Positions 22,295-31,770 of a DNA stretch of 64,000 nt are shown here, one piece after another. This DNA is from Candidatus Poribacteria bacterium (GTDB taxonomy: Bacteria; Poribacteria; WGA-4E; WGA-3G), in assembly GCA_965205025.1 (NCBI GenBank), contig CBDBFU010000026.1:1-64000 (forward strand), given 5' to 3'. The notes under the pieces are model-generated. The model was not told the origin of the DNA. It ran no database searches and saw only the letters and a program-made list of their open reading frames with translations. The position numbers and the translations under genes are program-made. Numbering within the stretch: position 1 is the stretch's first letter; the number at the start of each line of letters is the position of its first letter.

Positions 22295-22321
22295 CGGGCG
22301 GGGAAACCCCGCCCCTACGGG
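22295..22321 (-). repeat. GTAG-type REP-like palindrome
   Basis: Minus strand reads GTAG-GGGCGGGG-TTT-CCCCGCCC. Confidence 0.7.
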
Positions 22322-22579
22322 TTCAGTGCCAGTAGTAAAAATCGGAAAATTGATAATTAATTATTTAATATTGCTTATACAACTTTGTTTTCATTTTGAC
22401 AAATATATTTAATTTATTTTATGTTTTTGTGATATATGTGTTAGTTGTTATATGTTTTTATTTTCTTCAAATTATTTTAAGTCTTATGGAAAAAGTGTGA
22501 AATTAGAATTTGATACAGTTTTATTAAGAACCTGTATTTGATCCGTTTCTATTAAGTACTATAGTTTGGATAATTTTAG

Positions 22580-22790
22580 ACATAGCACTCCGCTGGAGTG
22601 CGGGATTGCTATGCTTCACTTCTATAGACATATTGCTCCGCTGGAGCAAGCCCCACAACTTATCCGTTTGTTAGATGCCATCAATAGAGAACTAACTACA
22701 CCGATCTTGCACAGTCTCCTCACGCCAACGGCGTGATATGTCTGTAGAAATAAGAGCCAATCAGCCCCGCACTCCAGCGGAGTGCTATGT
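22580..22790. repeat. REPIN-like element: inverted pair of hairpin doublets
   Basis: 22580-22604 (ACATAGCACTCCGCTGGAGTGCGGG) is the exact reverse complement of 22766-22790. Inner CTATAGACATA-hairpin units match the family at 12088-12160. Confidence 0.8.
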
Positions 22791-23059
22791 AAAGGTGTCT
22801 GTTTTCCAGTGAGTTATACCGCCCCAAAATTATCAGGAAAACAGAAAAACCCTTGAAACACGACATGAGGCCGAATGGAATATAATATATTACTAATAGT
22901 AATCAGTGGAATGGATAGAAATATAGGTGTTTCCCTACAAGAATGGTAATTATTAACTCTCAATATATTGGAAATTGGTGTAATTCGTGATTTTTCTGGA
23001 AGGTATATACAGAACAATCTAACTATATTAATGGAAAATTGAAATATGCTCTGAATCTA

Positions 23060-25024
23060 TTAAAACAGGAAACGGTACATCGGTTTATTAAGTGTAATTC
23101 CGATAAGACTCCAACCACTACCGATGATAAATTCTCCGAGGATTAAGCCAAGGAAAAATGGTATGAGTTTACGATGTAAATTGATACCACCCTGTTTTAG
23201 AATCAACCACTTGATGACGGAACTAACAAATATTGAAAACCAGAAGACGTTCATCGACCAACTGCTTGAAATTGCAAATCCTGCGGGATGAAAGGGCCAC
23301 CAAAATAGTTTTATTCGCATTATCATTAAGAAACCTGTGATTAAGAACCCAACAATCATAGCAACAATGGCAGGGACATCTGGTGCTCTTGGTGATGTAA
23401 GCCAACTTTGAAGTCTGTTAAACGGTCTACCTGCAAACCAATCACGGGCACCTTCTATGTATGAGATATGGTAAAATGCCCAAAATGATCCATAAGTGCC
23501 AATAACTACAGCGACGCACATTGCAACAAGTAGCCAACGGTTAGAAATCCGCGTACGTTCAGCAAGTTTGAATCCTTCTAAGATATGTGGCATGGGGTGT
23601 CCCCGATAAGCACGATTGATACAAAAGAGATATGCCAACATCGTTAGATTTTGGGGACCAAGAAACCGCGTTCCGAAGATCCGCGGCATCATCTCATCCG
23701 GACCGATAAAATGTAAGTCGTGAACAGGGGATCCAAGTTCTGCACGCATACGCGTTACCGCAGTAGATATTGCATAGTAGATACCGAAGAATATCAAAAT
23801 TGCCCAAATTGACATTCCTGCAGCATTGCAGAATATTGTCAGGAACATGAGACACAGAATTAGACAGATCAGCATTCCTCTGTAGGACATCGGTTCATCA
23901 GAATCGTTTGCTTGTTTCGGTTTAAAGATATGTTGTATTACATAAGCAAGATGTTTCCGAGTAGCAATTATCGCAATAACAAATAACCCGATATATGCTC
24001 CAAACGATTGTTCATCTGTGAAAGGAAAATTCGGCATACCTCTAATACCTAATGCGTCTCCAAAGATCCTCTCAACCTTCCAAAACAGATAGAAGAACCA
24101 GCATGAAAATGAGAGATCTAACGGAATAAAAAACGCCATACCAACAGCAAACGGGAAAACTGCCATAGGTGTCCAACCGATCGCACTCCATGGTTTTTGT
24201 GTGAAAAATGGACGTAAATCGTATAGACGTCCCCCTAAACTGGGGACAGTTGGGTACAAATGGTGTAGTCCATTGAGGATATCAATTGCTCCTGCAAGAC
24301 CGAAACCTAACCACATCACCTTGTTTGTCAGTAGATTTGATCTACCAAAGTTCGTCATTTCCAGAGGAAGTTGAATAATCGGGTAGCTGAGTTTTTCGTG
24401 TTCTGTCCACTGTTTACGGACAAGGGCATTGATGAAAACCATTGCGAGGACAAGCGCACATAGGAATCCACCCCAGGTAAGTGTGGTAGTAATCCAACCT
24501 TCAATTATTTCCCATTGATAGAAGCTGGTTTCACCTCGATAATACTCTGTTAGGAATCTCTTATCTTTTACGGCTATCCAATCAGGTATATACCGATGGA
24601 AAAGGTGTGTCCAATCATTTTCTGGTGTTGCGTGCCAGAAAGCATAAGGAATCATGGGAATTAAGACGCGCAACACATCATGTCCTGCCAGTGAGGATGC
24701 GATTGCAAGCATGACATAGATGGTTAACAACTCACCTTGGCTAAACGCTATACTTGGAGTAATGTGTTTTAAGGCTAAATTCGCACCGGTAAGGATAAAT
24801 ATGCAGAATATGACATTAAAATACAGAGAGATGGTCGTAGGATACCCTTGTCCTGCTGAATCTAAAATCCAATAGACATTAGGTATAGTGAGAATGGTAC
24901 CAATTAAGATGGCGCGCCAAGTGGCACCGAGGTGTGTGCGTCCTTGAAGAGATTGTTCACGATGAGATGATACTTGACCAGTTTTAGAATTCTGTAAATC
25001 TTGTTCTGGGGTTGTAGGTGTCAA
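23060..25024 (-). CDS. Polytopic membrane protein, DUF6785/DUF6784-like (putative peptide transporter)
   Basis: Many TM segments; LVRKQWTEHEKLSYPIIQLP, PLDLSFSCWFF, RMRAELG, WWPFHPAG, PFFLGLILGE. Confidence 0.75.
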   Translation of the reverse strand: MTPTTPEQDLQNSKTGQVSSHREQSLQGRTHLGATWRAILIGTILTIPNVYWILDSAGQGYPTTISLYFNVIFCIFILTGANLALKHITPSIAFSQGELLTIYVMLAIASSLAGHDVLRVLIPMIPYAFWHATPENDWTHLFHRYIPDWIAVKDKRFLTEYYRGETSFYQWEIIEGWITTTLTWGGFLCALVLAMVFINALVRKQWTEHEKLSYPIIQLPLEMTNFGRSNLLTNKVMWLGFGLAGAIDILNGLHHLYPTVPSLGGRLYDLRPFFTQKPWSAIGWTPMAVFPFAVGMAFFIPLDLSFSCWFFYLFWKVERIFGDALGIRGMPNFPFTDEQSFGAYIGLFVIAIIATRKHLAYVIQHIFKPKQANDSDEPMSYRGMLICLILCLMFLTIFCNAAGMSIWAILIFFGIYYAISTAVTRMRAELGSPVHDLHFIGPDEMMPRIFGTRFLGPQNLTMLAYLFCINRAYRGHPMPHILEGFKLAERTRISNRWLLVAMCVAVVIGTYGSFWAFYHISYIEGARDWFAGRPFNRLQSWLTSPRAPDVPAIVAMIVGFLITGFLMIMRIKLFWWPFHPAGFAISSSWSMNVFWFSIFVSSVIKWLILKQGGINLHRKLIPFFLGLILGEFIIGSGWSLIGITLNKPMYRFLF

Positions 25025-25088
25025 TATTGATTCCGAACCCAGTGGGTTTAGTCTTGAGTATTATACCACTGAAATTTTAATTAAATTC

Positions 25089-25117
25089 TTGAGAATTACT
25101 CATAATCCTTGTATAAT
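25089..25117 (+). promoter_or_regulatory. Sigma70-type promoter for the PhyH gene
   Basis: TTGAGA-17 bp-TATAAT. Confidence 0.6.
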
Positions 25118-25177
25118 TAAGTTATCAACTTAGAAATGTCGACTGTGAACCTAAGTATATCTTCAAAGGATAAAAAA

Positions 25178-26014
25178 ATGGAAACGACGAATGAAATGCC
25201 TGGCTCAGTAGTTCTAACACCTCAGCAAAAAGAATTTGTTGATAATAATGGATATTTGCTTATTAAAGATGCTTTACCACCTGATGTTGTGTCAGAAATA
25301 AACGAGGCTGTTGATGAAGTTCATGCTAAACAGATAGAAGCCGGTAATCTGGATCCAGACGGCAAGCTTAATCTTCGCAATTGCATTACACAGCATGATG
25401 CATTCCTTCAACTTCTTGATTGGCATAACACCTTTCCATACGCATGTGGTGTATTGAATTGGAACATTCAGATGATTACATCGCATCTGATTGTATTGCC
25501 ATCAAAAGAGGAACCTGCTGACGATGTAAAGACGAAAATAGGTCTTCACCGTGATGGTGGAAGTTCATATAGAGAGATGCAGGAACCCCACCCGCGTATA
25601 CTACTCAAAATTGCTTATGCCATTAGTGACCAATCAGACCCGGCCTCAGGGGCAACTGTCTTAGTTCCCGGAAGTAATAGATTAACAGGTATGCCTGCTC
25701 GTGATCCAGATACAGGTTGGGCACGCGGGGCAATTTCTATGAATGTCAATGCCGGAGATGCTTTTCTGTTCGAACAACGGACTTACCACGGCATTGGTCA
25801 TAACTGGTCCGGTTTTCCCAGAAAAACTATATTTATGGGTTATGCATACCGTTGGGTTAAACCTATGGACTACATTATGATGCCGGATGAATTGGTTGAA
25901 AAATGTAATCCAGTGCAAAAGCAACTTCTCGGTGTTGTTGACAATGCAATGAGTTTCTACATTCCAGAAGAGAAGGATGTACCACTAAAGAATATGATGA
26001 ATGGTGGCAAATAA
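25178..26014 (+). CDS. PhyH-family dioxygenase
   Basis: NGYLLIKDAL, LHRDG (HxD), GATVLVPGS, AGDAFLF…TYH…R. ATG 25178 follows AAGGA (ORF track starts at 25136). Confidence 0.85.
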   Translation: METTNEMPGSVVLTPQQKEFVDNNGYLLIKDALPPDVVSEINEAVDEVHAKQIEAGNLDPDGKLNLRNCITQHDAFLQLLDWHNTFPYACGVLNWNIQMITSHLIVLPSKEEPADDVKTKIGLHRDGGSSYREMQEPHPRILLKIAYAISDQSDPASGATVLVPGSNRLTGMPARDPDTGWARGAISMNVNAGDAFLFEQRTYHGIGHNWSGFPRKTIFMGYAYRWVKPMDYIMMPDELVEKCNPVQKQLLGVVDNAMSFYIPEEKDVPLKNMMNGGK

Positions 26015-26080
26015 TACTATATCTCTATAGTATTTGGATTGATGCCTTCAGCGAATTCTAACGGTCATTTCGGTACACCC

Positions 26081-26977
26081 TTACTTTATCTCCGATTTTA
26101 GAGATAAACTGTGGTCTAACAAAGCACGGGCATAGGGGATATTGTGTAGACCGTATCCGCTGTCTCCTTTAACCATATCATAGTTCAATTTTGCGTCAAT
26201 ATATGCTTGCGAAGTCTTATCAGTTGCGCCGTCTAAGATAGCTTTGACTTCCTTCATTTTTGTCTCTATTTCAACCTTATACTGTGGAAGTCTCTTTGTC
26301 ATGTCATTGTCAGCACTATCATGACAACCAGAAGTGCTGCAAATATTAAATTCTGCCTTAAAGGTATGTCCACCATGTTTAGCGATACTCTCTGGATCCT
26401 CTTTTGCCATATGACAATGGACACATCGTTTTTTCATTGCACGGACATGCGGTGACGGCATCCGTCTTACACCCGCGCCTTCACGACCTAAGAACATCTC
26501 TGATTGTGATTGGTGGACAATTCCGGCACCAGCACAACCGCAATCCATTTTGTGGCAGTTTACACAAAGTTTTTTAGCAGGAATTACCAATAAACTCTCT
26601 TCTTTACTGGCATGAGAGTGGCATGAAGAACAAGCTACTGCATTAACTGCAGTTTTCTCACTATAAGGGTGCCCTTGAATAGCACCTTCGGCAAACATCG
26701 CATAGCCTGAAGAATGGCAGCTTAAACAAGATGTCTTAACTTCATAAGGACCTTTAATCAAATTCACCAAAGCATGTGAATGTCCTGCTTGAGTCCATTC
26801 TTTATATGCGGCTTCATCTCCGTGGCACTTGTTACAACCTTCAGCGAAAGGGGATTTGATGTTTTCTTTAGTAGTGTCCTCTGTAGGTGTGGTTTCTGCT
26901 TGGAGGGTAGTGATTTTTATTATTACAAATGACCCCATGAGTATGGATATAAATAAAAATAATAGCGCTTTTTTCAT
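26081..26977 (-). CDS. Exported multiheme cytochrome c (5 CxxCH plus 1 CX4CH)
   Basis: N-terminal signal/TM; CNKCH, CLSCH, CSSCH, CVNCH, CVHCH, CSTSGCH; C-terminal DSGYGLHNIPYA. Confidence 0.85.
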   Translation of the reverse strand: MKKALLFLFISILMGSFVIIKITTLQAETTPTEDTTKENIKSPFAEGCNKCHGDEAAYKEWTQAGHSHALVNLIKGPYEVKTSCLSCHSSGYAMFAEGAIQGHPYSEKTAVNAVACSSCHSHASKEESLLVIPAKKLCVNCHKMDCGCAGAGIVHQSQSEMFLGREGAGVRRMPSPHVRAMKKRCVHCHMAKEDPESIAKHGGHTFKAEFNICSTSGCHDSADNDMTKRLPQYKVEIETKMKEVKAILDGATDKTSQAYIDAKLNYDMVKGDSGYGLHNIPYARALLDHSLSLKSEIK

Positions 26978-27142
26978 AGTTGTTTCTATTCCCTTACATC
27001 TCCATTAGTCCATATTTTCATTTAGTTTCTTGTTAGTATTTTCTTAGACAATAAGATATGTCAATTAACAAAATAAGTCAACAAAAACTTAACTGCAGAA
27101 GGATCTTTCAGCAGTAGCATAAATACAATAGGAGGAATCCAT

Positions 27143-27802
27143 TTGTCTCAAGTTAATCTCTTTAATGGTAAGGATATGAGTGGTTGGTTACCCCGTGGTG
27201 GCGGTACAGAACATGAATGGTCAGCAATCGGGGACGTAGGGCTGAATCCAGATGATAACAAATTACTGACAACCACACCAGGTGAGGATATATTCTATAA
27301 TGGTCCGACAGGACGTACAAAAGATCTTTACACAGAATATGAACACGGCGATTGTGAAATCCATGTAGAATTCATGGTGCCACAAGGTTCGAACTCAGGT
27401 GTCTATGTTCTGGGGAGATATGAAATACAGATATTAGATAGTTGGGGTGAAACTGAACTGAAGTATGGAACTTGTGGTGGTGTTTATTGTCGTTGGATTG
27501 ACAACAAACCTGTGGATGGTGTACCACCACGTGTAAATGCAAGTAAACCACCAGGAGAATGGCAAACGTATGACATTATATTCCATGCTCCAAAATTCGA
27601 TGCCAACAACAATAAGATTTCCCATGCAACTTTTGTGGAAGTTGTTTGGAACGGTGAAGTCGTCCATGAAAATGTCGAAGTGGTAGGTTGTACCCGTGGT
27701 GCCATGTTACCAGAAGAAGCAGCTACGGGACCGATACTATTACAGGGTGATCATGGTCCAGTGGCATTCCGTAACGTTCATTTGACACCAATCGGTAAAT
27801 AA
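27143..27802 (+). CDS. DUF1080 (3-keto-disaccharide hydrolase-like) protein
   Basis: LFNGKDMSGW, GSNSGVY, YEIQILD, GEWQTYDI, GPILLQGDHG.VAFRN; GGAGG RBS. Confidence 0.88.
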   Translation: MSQVNLFNGKDMSGWLPRGGGTEHEWSAIGDVGLNPDDNKLLTTTPGEDIFYNGPTGRTKDLYTEYEHGDCEIHVEFMVPQGSNSGVYVLGRYEIQILDSWGETELKYGTCGGVYCRWIDNKPVDGVPPRVNASKPPGEWQTYDIIFHAPKFDANNNKISHATFVEVVWNGEVVHENVEVVGCTRGAMLPEEAATGPILLQGDHGPVAFRNVHLTPIGK

Positions 27803-27899
27803 GAATGTTGATGCTAAGTTATTTGTAAGTGAAATGGATTTATAATATACCAACGAGTATGACGAATATGACGTGTATCTAAACTAATACATTCCTGAA

Positions 27900-28409
27900 T
27901 CATGAATGTAGAATATGGTAAGCGGCAACTGCAAGTGCAACATGCACATTTAATGAACCCACTTTTCCATACATCGGAAGGTATATTGAGTTATCACAGG
28001 CTTCAAGTGTGCGTCTTGAAACACCTCTATATTCGTTACCAACAATTAAACAAACTTTCTTTGGATATTCAACACTATTATATGGAACAGAATCTGAGGT
28101 AACTTCTACGGCATAGGCAATATATCCGTCATCTTGAAATTCCTTCACAGCGTCAGCAGCATATTTAGTTGTATGCCAAGGAACTCGACGATGGGTGCCA
28201 CGACCGATACCAGCAATTGTAGGATGAGGTGGTTGTGCACTGATTCCTGCTAAAACTATTTCAGATACTCCACATGCATCACCAATTCGGAAAGCAGCGC
28301 CAACGTTTACAGGATCTTCAACATCTTGTAAAACGAATACTATATCTGCTGCTGGTGGACCAGACTGTCTTAAAAAGTTTTTAAGTGTCTTATCTCGTAA
28401 CTGTTTCAT
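27900..28409 (-). CDS. SpoU/TrmH family RNA 2'-O-methyltransferase
   Basis: DPVNVGAAFR, LIVGNEYRG, LPMYG…SLNVHVA SPOUT motifs. Confidence 0.9.
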   Translation of the reverse strand: MKQLRDKTLKNFLRQSGPPAADIVFVLQDVEDPVNVGAAFRIGDACGVSEIVLAGISAQPPHPTIAGIGRGTHRRVPWHTTKYAADAVKEFQDDGYIAYAVEVTSDSVPYNSVEYPKKVCLIVGNEYRGVSRRTLEACDNSIYLPMYGKVGSLNVHVALAVAAYHILHS

Positions 28410-28511
28410 GAGTGATATGCGATATATAGATTACATTTAAGGAATTTCTTAGAATGACTCTCCTTTATTGTATATGTATTTTAGATTTGACTACAAGGAA
28501 ATATTAGTAGT

Positions 28512-29570
28512 ATGAGCAAAATAAAACTTGGAGTGATTGGGGCAGGCGGGATTGTCTGCAGAATGCACCTCCCAGATTTGAAGAACGGTGAAGATTTTGA
28601 TGTTGCTGTTATTGGCGGAAGACGTGAACATCGTCTTAAACATCAATGTCAAGAATTTGATATTCCACACTGGACACAGGATTACGATGAGATTATTGCC
28701 GACGACACACTTGATGCTATTCTTGTTGGCACACCTCATCCATTGCATGTTCCGTGGGGTGTGAAAGCACTGGAAGCTGGAAAGCATGTATTAATGCAGA
28801 AACCTCTGTGTGGTGATATGGATGAAGCCGATCAATTTGTAGAGGCATCTGAAGCGAGTGGTAAAACAGTGATGTGTCTTCCACATTTCAGTAGTGCCAC
28901 CTATAAGGTACGGCAACTCATCGCCGTAGAAGCTATAGGACGTGTTTCTGGTGCCAGAATGCGTGTTAGTCATGGTGGTCCCGAGATATACTATGCTGAA
29001 ATCAGAGATATATTCGGTGAGAGTGGAGACGATTTGTGGTTTTTTGATGCGAAGCAAGCAAGCGTAGGCGCGTTATTCGATATGGGGGTTTATGCTGTTT
29101 CCAGTCTCGTAGCAATGTTAGGTACATTCAAACGGGTTACAGGTTTTGTCTCTACTTTCGATAAACCAACCGAATTAGAAGATGTCGCAACCCTTGTACT
29201 TGAGATGAAATCTGGCGGTATCGTTACAGCCGAGACCAGTTGGTGTGATCCCGCTCGGACAGGAGAGTCAAGTATACATGGAACTGCTGGAAAGTTCACA
29301 ATGCCGGGTAGAGATGGTGCTGCTCTGACACAATGGACACCGACGTCATATACACGCGAGAGTGCTCCTGTTGACACCAAACCAATTGACTGTAGTGATG
29401 TTGCCCCCAGTGGAATGCATGCCCATTTTGCCGAACATATTCGAGAAGGCACACAACCTCCTCTCTCTAACGTGTATACGGCGCGGCATGTGACTGAAAT
29501 TCTATTGGCTGGACTTAAGTCATCTGAAACTGGTAGTGCAATTGAACTTACATCGAAATCGGACAAGTAG
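28512..29570 (+). CDS. Gfo/Idh/MocA family oxidoreductase
   Basis: GVIGAGGI, TPHPLH, AGKHVLMQKPL, GALFDMGVY. Confidence 0.9.
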   Translation: MSKIKLGVIGAGGIVCRMHLPDLKNGEDFDVAVIGGRREHRLKHQCQEFDIPHWTQDYDEIIADDTLDAILVGTPHPLHVPWGVKALEAGKHVLMQKPLCGDMDEADQFVEASEASGKTVMCLPHFSSATYKVRQLIAVEAIGRVSGARMRVSHGGPEIYYAEIRDIFGESGDDLWFFDAKQASVGALFDMGVYAVSSLVAMLGTFKRVTGFVSTFDKPTELEDVATLVLEMKSGGIVTAETSWCDPARTGESSIHGTAGKFTMPGRDGAALTQWTPTSYTRESAPVDTKPIDCSDVAPSGMHAHFAEHIREGTQPPLSNVYTARHVTEILLAGLKSSETGSAIELTSKSDK

Positions 29571-29644
29571 TGAAGGTAGGTTCAAATTAGGAGGAATTAT
29601 TGCTATAAATTTCAGGAATCACTACTTATACCATTTCTATATAA

Positions 29645-29800
29645 TACCATTTCTAAAATATACTGTCGCATTGATGGTAGAGATTCTACAGGGTCAATCT
29701 CCATGTCGCGACCGGGAGGTCGCTCCTACAGAAAATAGTTTCCAATAATATTCAATTCCATAAAATTTATGTAATGACATATTATTTATTAGAATTGGTA
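29645..29800. mobile_element. MITE with TAA duplication carrying a GTAG-type REP; extra left-end copy at 29629
   Basis: TAA|TACCATTTCTAA…TTAGAATTGGTA|TAA; internal GTCGCGACCGGGAGGTCGCTCCTAC. Confidence 0.75.
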
Positions 29801-29819
29801 TAAGAGTTCTGTCACTTCG

Positions 29820-30866
29820 TCATTCCCTCGTTAACTTGTGTTTTTCTCTCCAACGTGGATATTCATCTGTGATTAACCTCGCTGCCCATCCACCGTAGTA
29901 TGCATAGCCGGTGCGGCGTTCCTGAGTTATCTCAGAGAACGAATAACGGACTACCGAGTCGCGGTCGAGGAAGATTGGACGGTTGGTGTCGATCTCGTAG
30001 AAACGCGCCCAGATCGGAGAAGCATCAGGATCCTCTACGACCCGTTTATCTTCCTGTCCTTCTGTGTTAGTGAATCTCTCTAAGCGAATGCCCTGAATTG
30101 TGGCACTTCTGAACCATTCGACAGATCCTTCAATAGCATCAATGATTGCCGGTGTGGGTTTTTCAATAGACATCAGGAATCGAACGACCCCGACACTTTC
30201 AGCACCAGAGATTGATGGTGGCTCATAGGAACGTGCCCATGCAGGCTCAAATGTTTTTTCGTCATGCTGTGCACACCAAGCAGTGAGTTTACCATCCTGT
30301 TTGATCTGTGTACGCAGGATACAGTCAATGCCCTTGCTTACAGCATCTTTAGCCTTAGTACGGTCATCCATTTTCAAGAACTCATAATCGGAAGATTCAG
30401 AGACATCTCGGAGAAGTTCGAGAATTCGCACCATAACATCGTCATTGAATGTGATATGGCGATGATAACCTTTGCTTATTGGATAATACTGAGGAAACCC
30501 ACCAGTAGGGTATTGTGCTTCAAGTATATGGGAAAGACCTTTGAGAAATGCTTTTTTGTAGCGAGGTTCGTTTGTAACACGAAATGCGCGAGCCAGAAAC
30601 CGTAGTTCGTTAGTCGTTGCCCCGTTGTCAAACGTTCCGTGGAGATCCTCACTATCGCCATCAAACGGTTCAGATGCAGTGTCTTTATTCTTCGGCCAAC
30701 TTCCGGAAGGTGTCTGCCACGTGAGGACGTTGTCCACAATATTCATGCCTTCTTTACTTAGAAACCATTCATCGGATTGTTTCGCGAATTTTGAGGGAAC
30801 GGTTGCCTTGGAAGTTGGCAGAAGCAATAGACACAAAATGGACATTACGATAACTTGTACTTTCAT
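29820..30866 (-). CDS. pelA: Secreted pectate lyase, polysaccharide lyase family 10 (PelA/Pel-15E type)
   Basis: Signal peptide; GSWPKN, TFDNGAT, AQYPTGGFPQYYP, ITFNDD, WCAQHD, ARSYE, WARFYE, ERRTGY. Confidence 0.9.
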   Translation of the reverse strand: MKVQVIVMSILCLLLLPTSKATVPSKFAKQSDEWFLSKEGMNIVDNVLTWQTPSGSWPKNKDTASEPFDGDSEDLHGTFDNGATTNELRFLARAFRVTNEPRYKKAFLKGLSHILEAQYPTGGFPQYYPISKGYHRHITFNDDVMVRILELLRDVSESSDYEFLKMDDRTKAKDAVSKGIDCILRTQIKQDGKLTAWCAQHDEKTFEPAWARSYEPPSISGAESVGVVRFLMSIEKPTPAIIDAIEGSVEWFRSATIQGIRLERFTNTEGQEDKRVVEDPDASPIWARFYEIDTNRPIFLDRDSVVRYSFSEITQERRTGYAYYGGWAARLITDEYPRWREKHKLTRE

Positions 30867-30959
30867 GAATGTATCCTCTTGGTAGTATTCAGGGTAGCAT
30901 TATAGACTTGAGTTGAATGATAGAAAATAGGGTTAGAACGGAAGGAGAGAGGAATATCC

Positions 30960-30990
30960 CATGTAGACGAGGTTTAACCCCGTCTACATG
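30960..30990 (-). terminator. Hairpin (GTAG REP-like) downstream of the DUF5069 gene
   Basis: CATGTAGACG…CGTCTACATG inverted repeat 14 bp after the stop. Confidence 0.55.
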
Positions 30991-31004
30991 AAATATTTAC
31001 AGTA

Positions 31005-31460
31005 TTAATCTATACTTGCATGAAATTCATACCAATCATCAATGTTGTTAAGGTTGACAGCATCTAAAATTGACCCATCATCATCAACGTTGCTTGCACC
31101 GAGGATACTTGTGCGGGTATCGTCATCGTGGTTGTATCCTGTTATTGCAGCATTCAATTCAGCGACAGCATCAGCATCAAGGCTACCACCCTTTTGTTCC
31201 AAAACCCAAGCTTCAAATTGAGGGTATGTGGGTGAGTTGTCACTGATATATGCGAGTGTAGCGTCTTTATCAAGTCCGAGTCCATCTAACACCATCTGAT
31301 CAAAACCTGCTCCACATGCTGGGTAATCCGCATGTAGGACACCTTTTGCATCCATCAGTACTTTCGACCAGAAACGGGGAAGATGTAGTACACCAAGTGG
31401 ACCAGCTACACCTGAACTAATTGTTGGAATCAAAGCCGCCTTTTTCTTCTTACCAAACAT
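31005..31460 (-). CDS. DUF5069-like protein
   Basis: GPLGVLHLPRFWSK…ADYP.CG.GFDQMVL pattern; AGGAGG RBS. Confidence 0.65.
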   Translation of the reverse strand: MFGKKKKAALIPTISSGVAGPLGVLHLPRFWSKVLMDAKGVLHADYPACGAGFDQMVLDGLGLDKDATLAYISDNSPTYPQFEAWVLEQKGGSLDADAVAELNAAITGYNHDDDTRTSILGASNVDDDGSILDAVNLNNIDDWYEFHASID

Positions 31461-31648
31461 TACATACCTCCTTACCTATTTGTAGGTATAAGTCGTAAGT
31501 TGCAAGCCTGTCTTGCAGAATATCTGCATTATAGCAGATTTTATAAAAAACAAAAACAAGTTTTCAGATACTACCAGTAGTATTCAAATGTCCAGAAATT
31601 CATGTTATAGATTTAACTTGTGCTCAATGTAAGAGAAATCTGATTGTC

Positions 31649-31677
31649 TTGACAATGTGGAAATATGGTGTTATTCT
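31649..31677 (+). promoter_or_regulatory. Sigma70-type promoter for the UPF0182 gene
   Basis: TTGACA-17 bp-TATTCT with TG extension. Confidence 0.6.
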
Positions 31678-31770
31678 TATTATAAGAAAAACGTTACTTC
31701 ATCTATTAGAATTTTCACCTATATTGACGTTTTTACATCACTCTCCTATGTATCGTAAGAGGTATATCTT

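Noticed and set aside
21910-23017. Short ORFs 21910..22143 and 22814..23017
   Set aside because: Low-complexity translations of AT-rich repeat DNA with no RBS or domain features.
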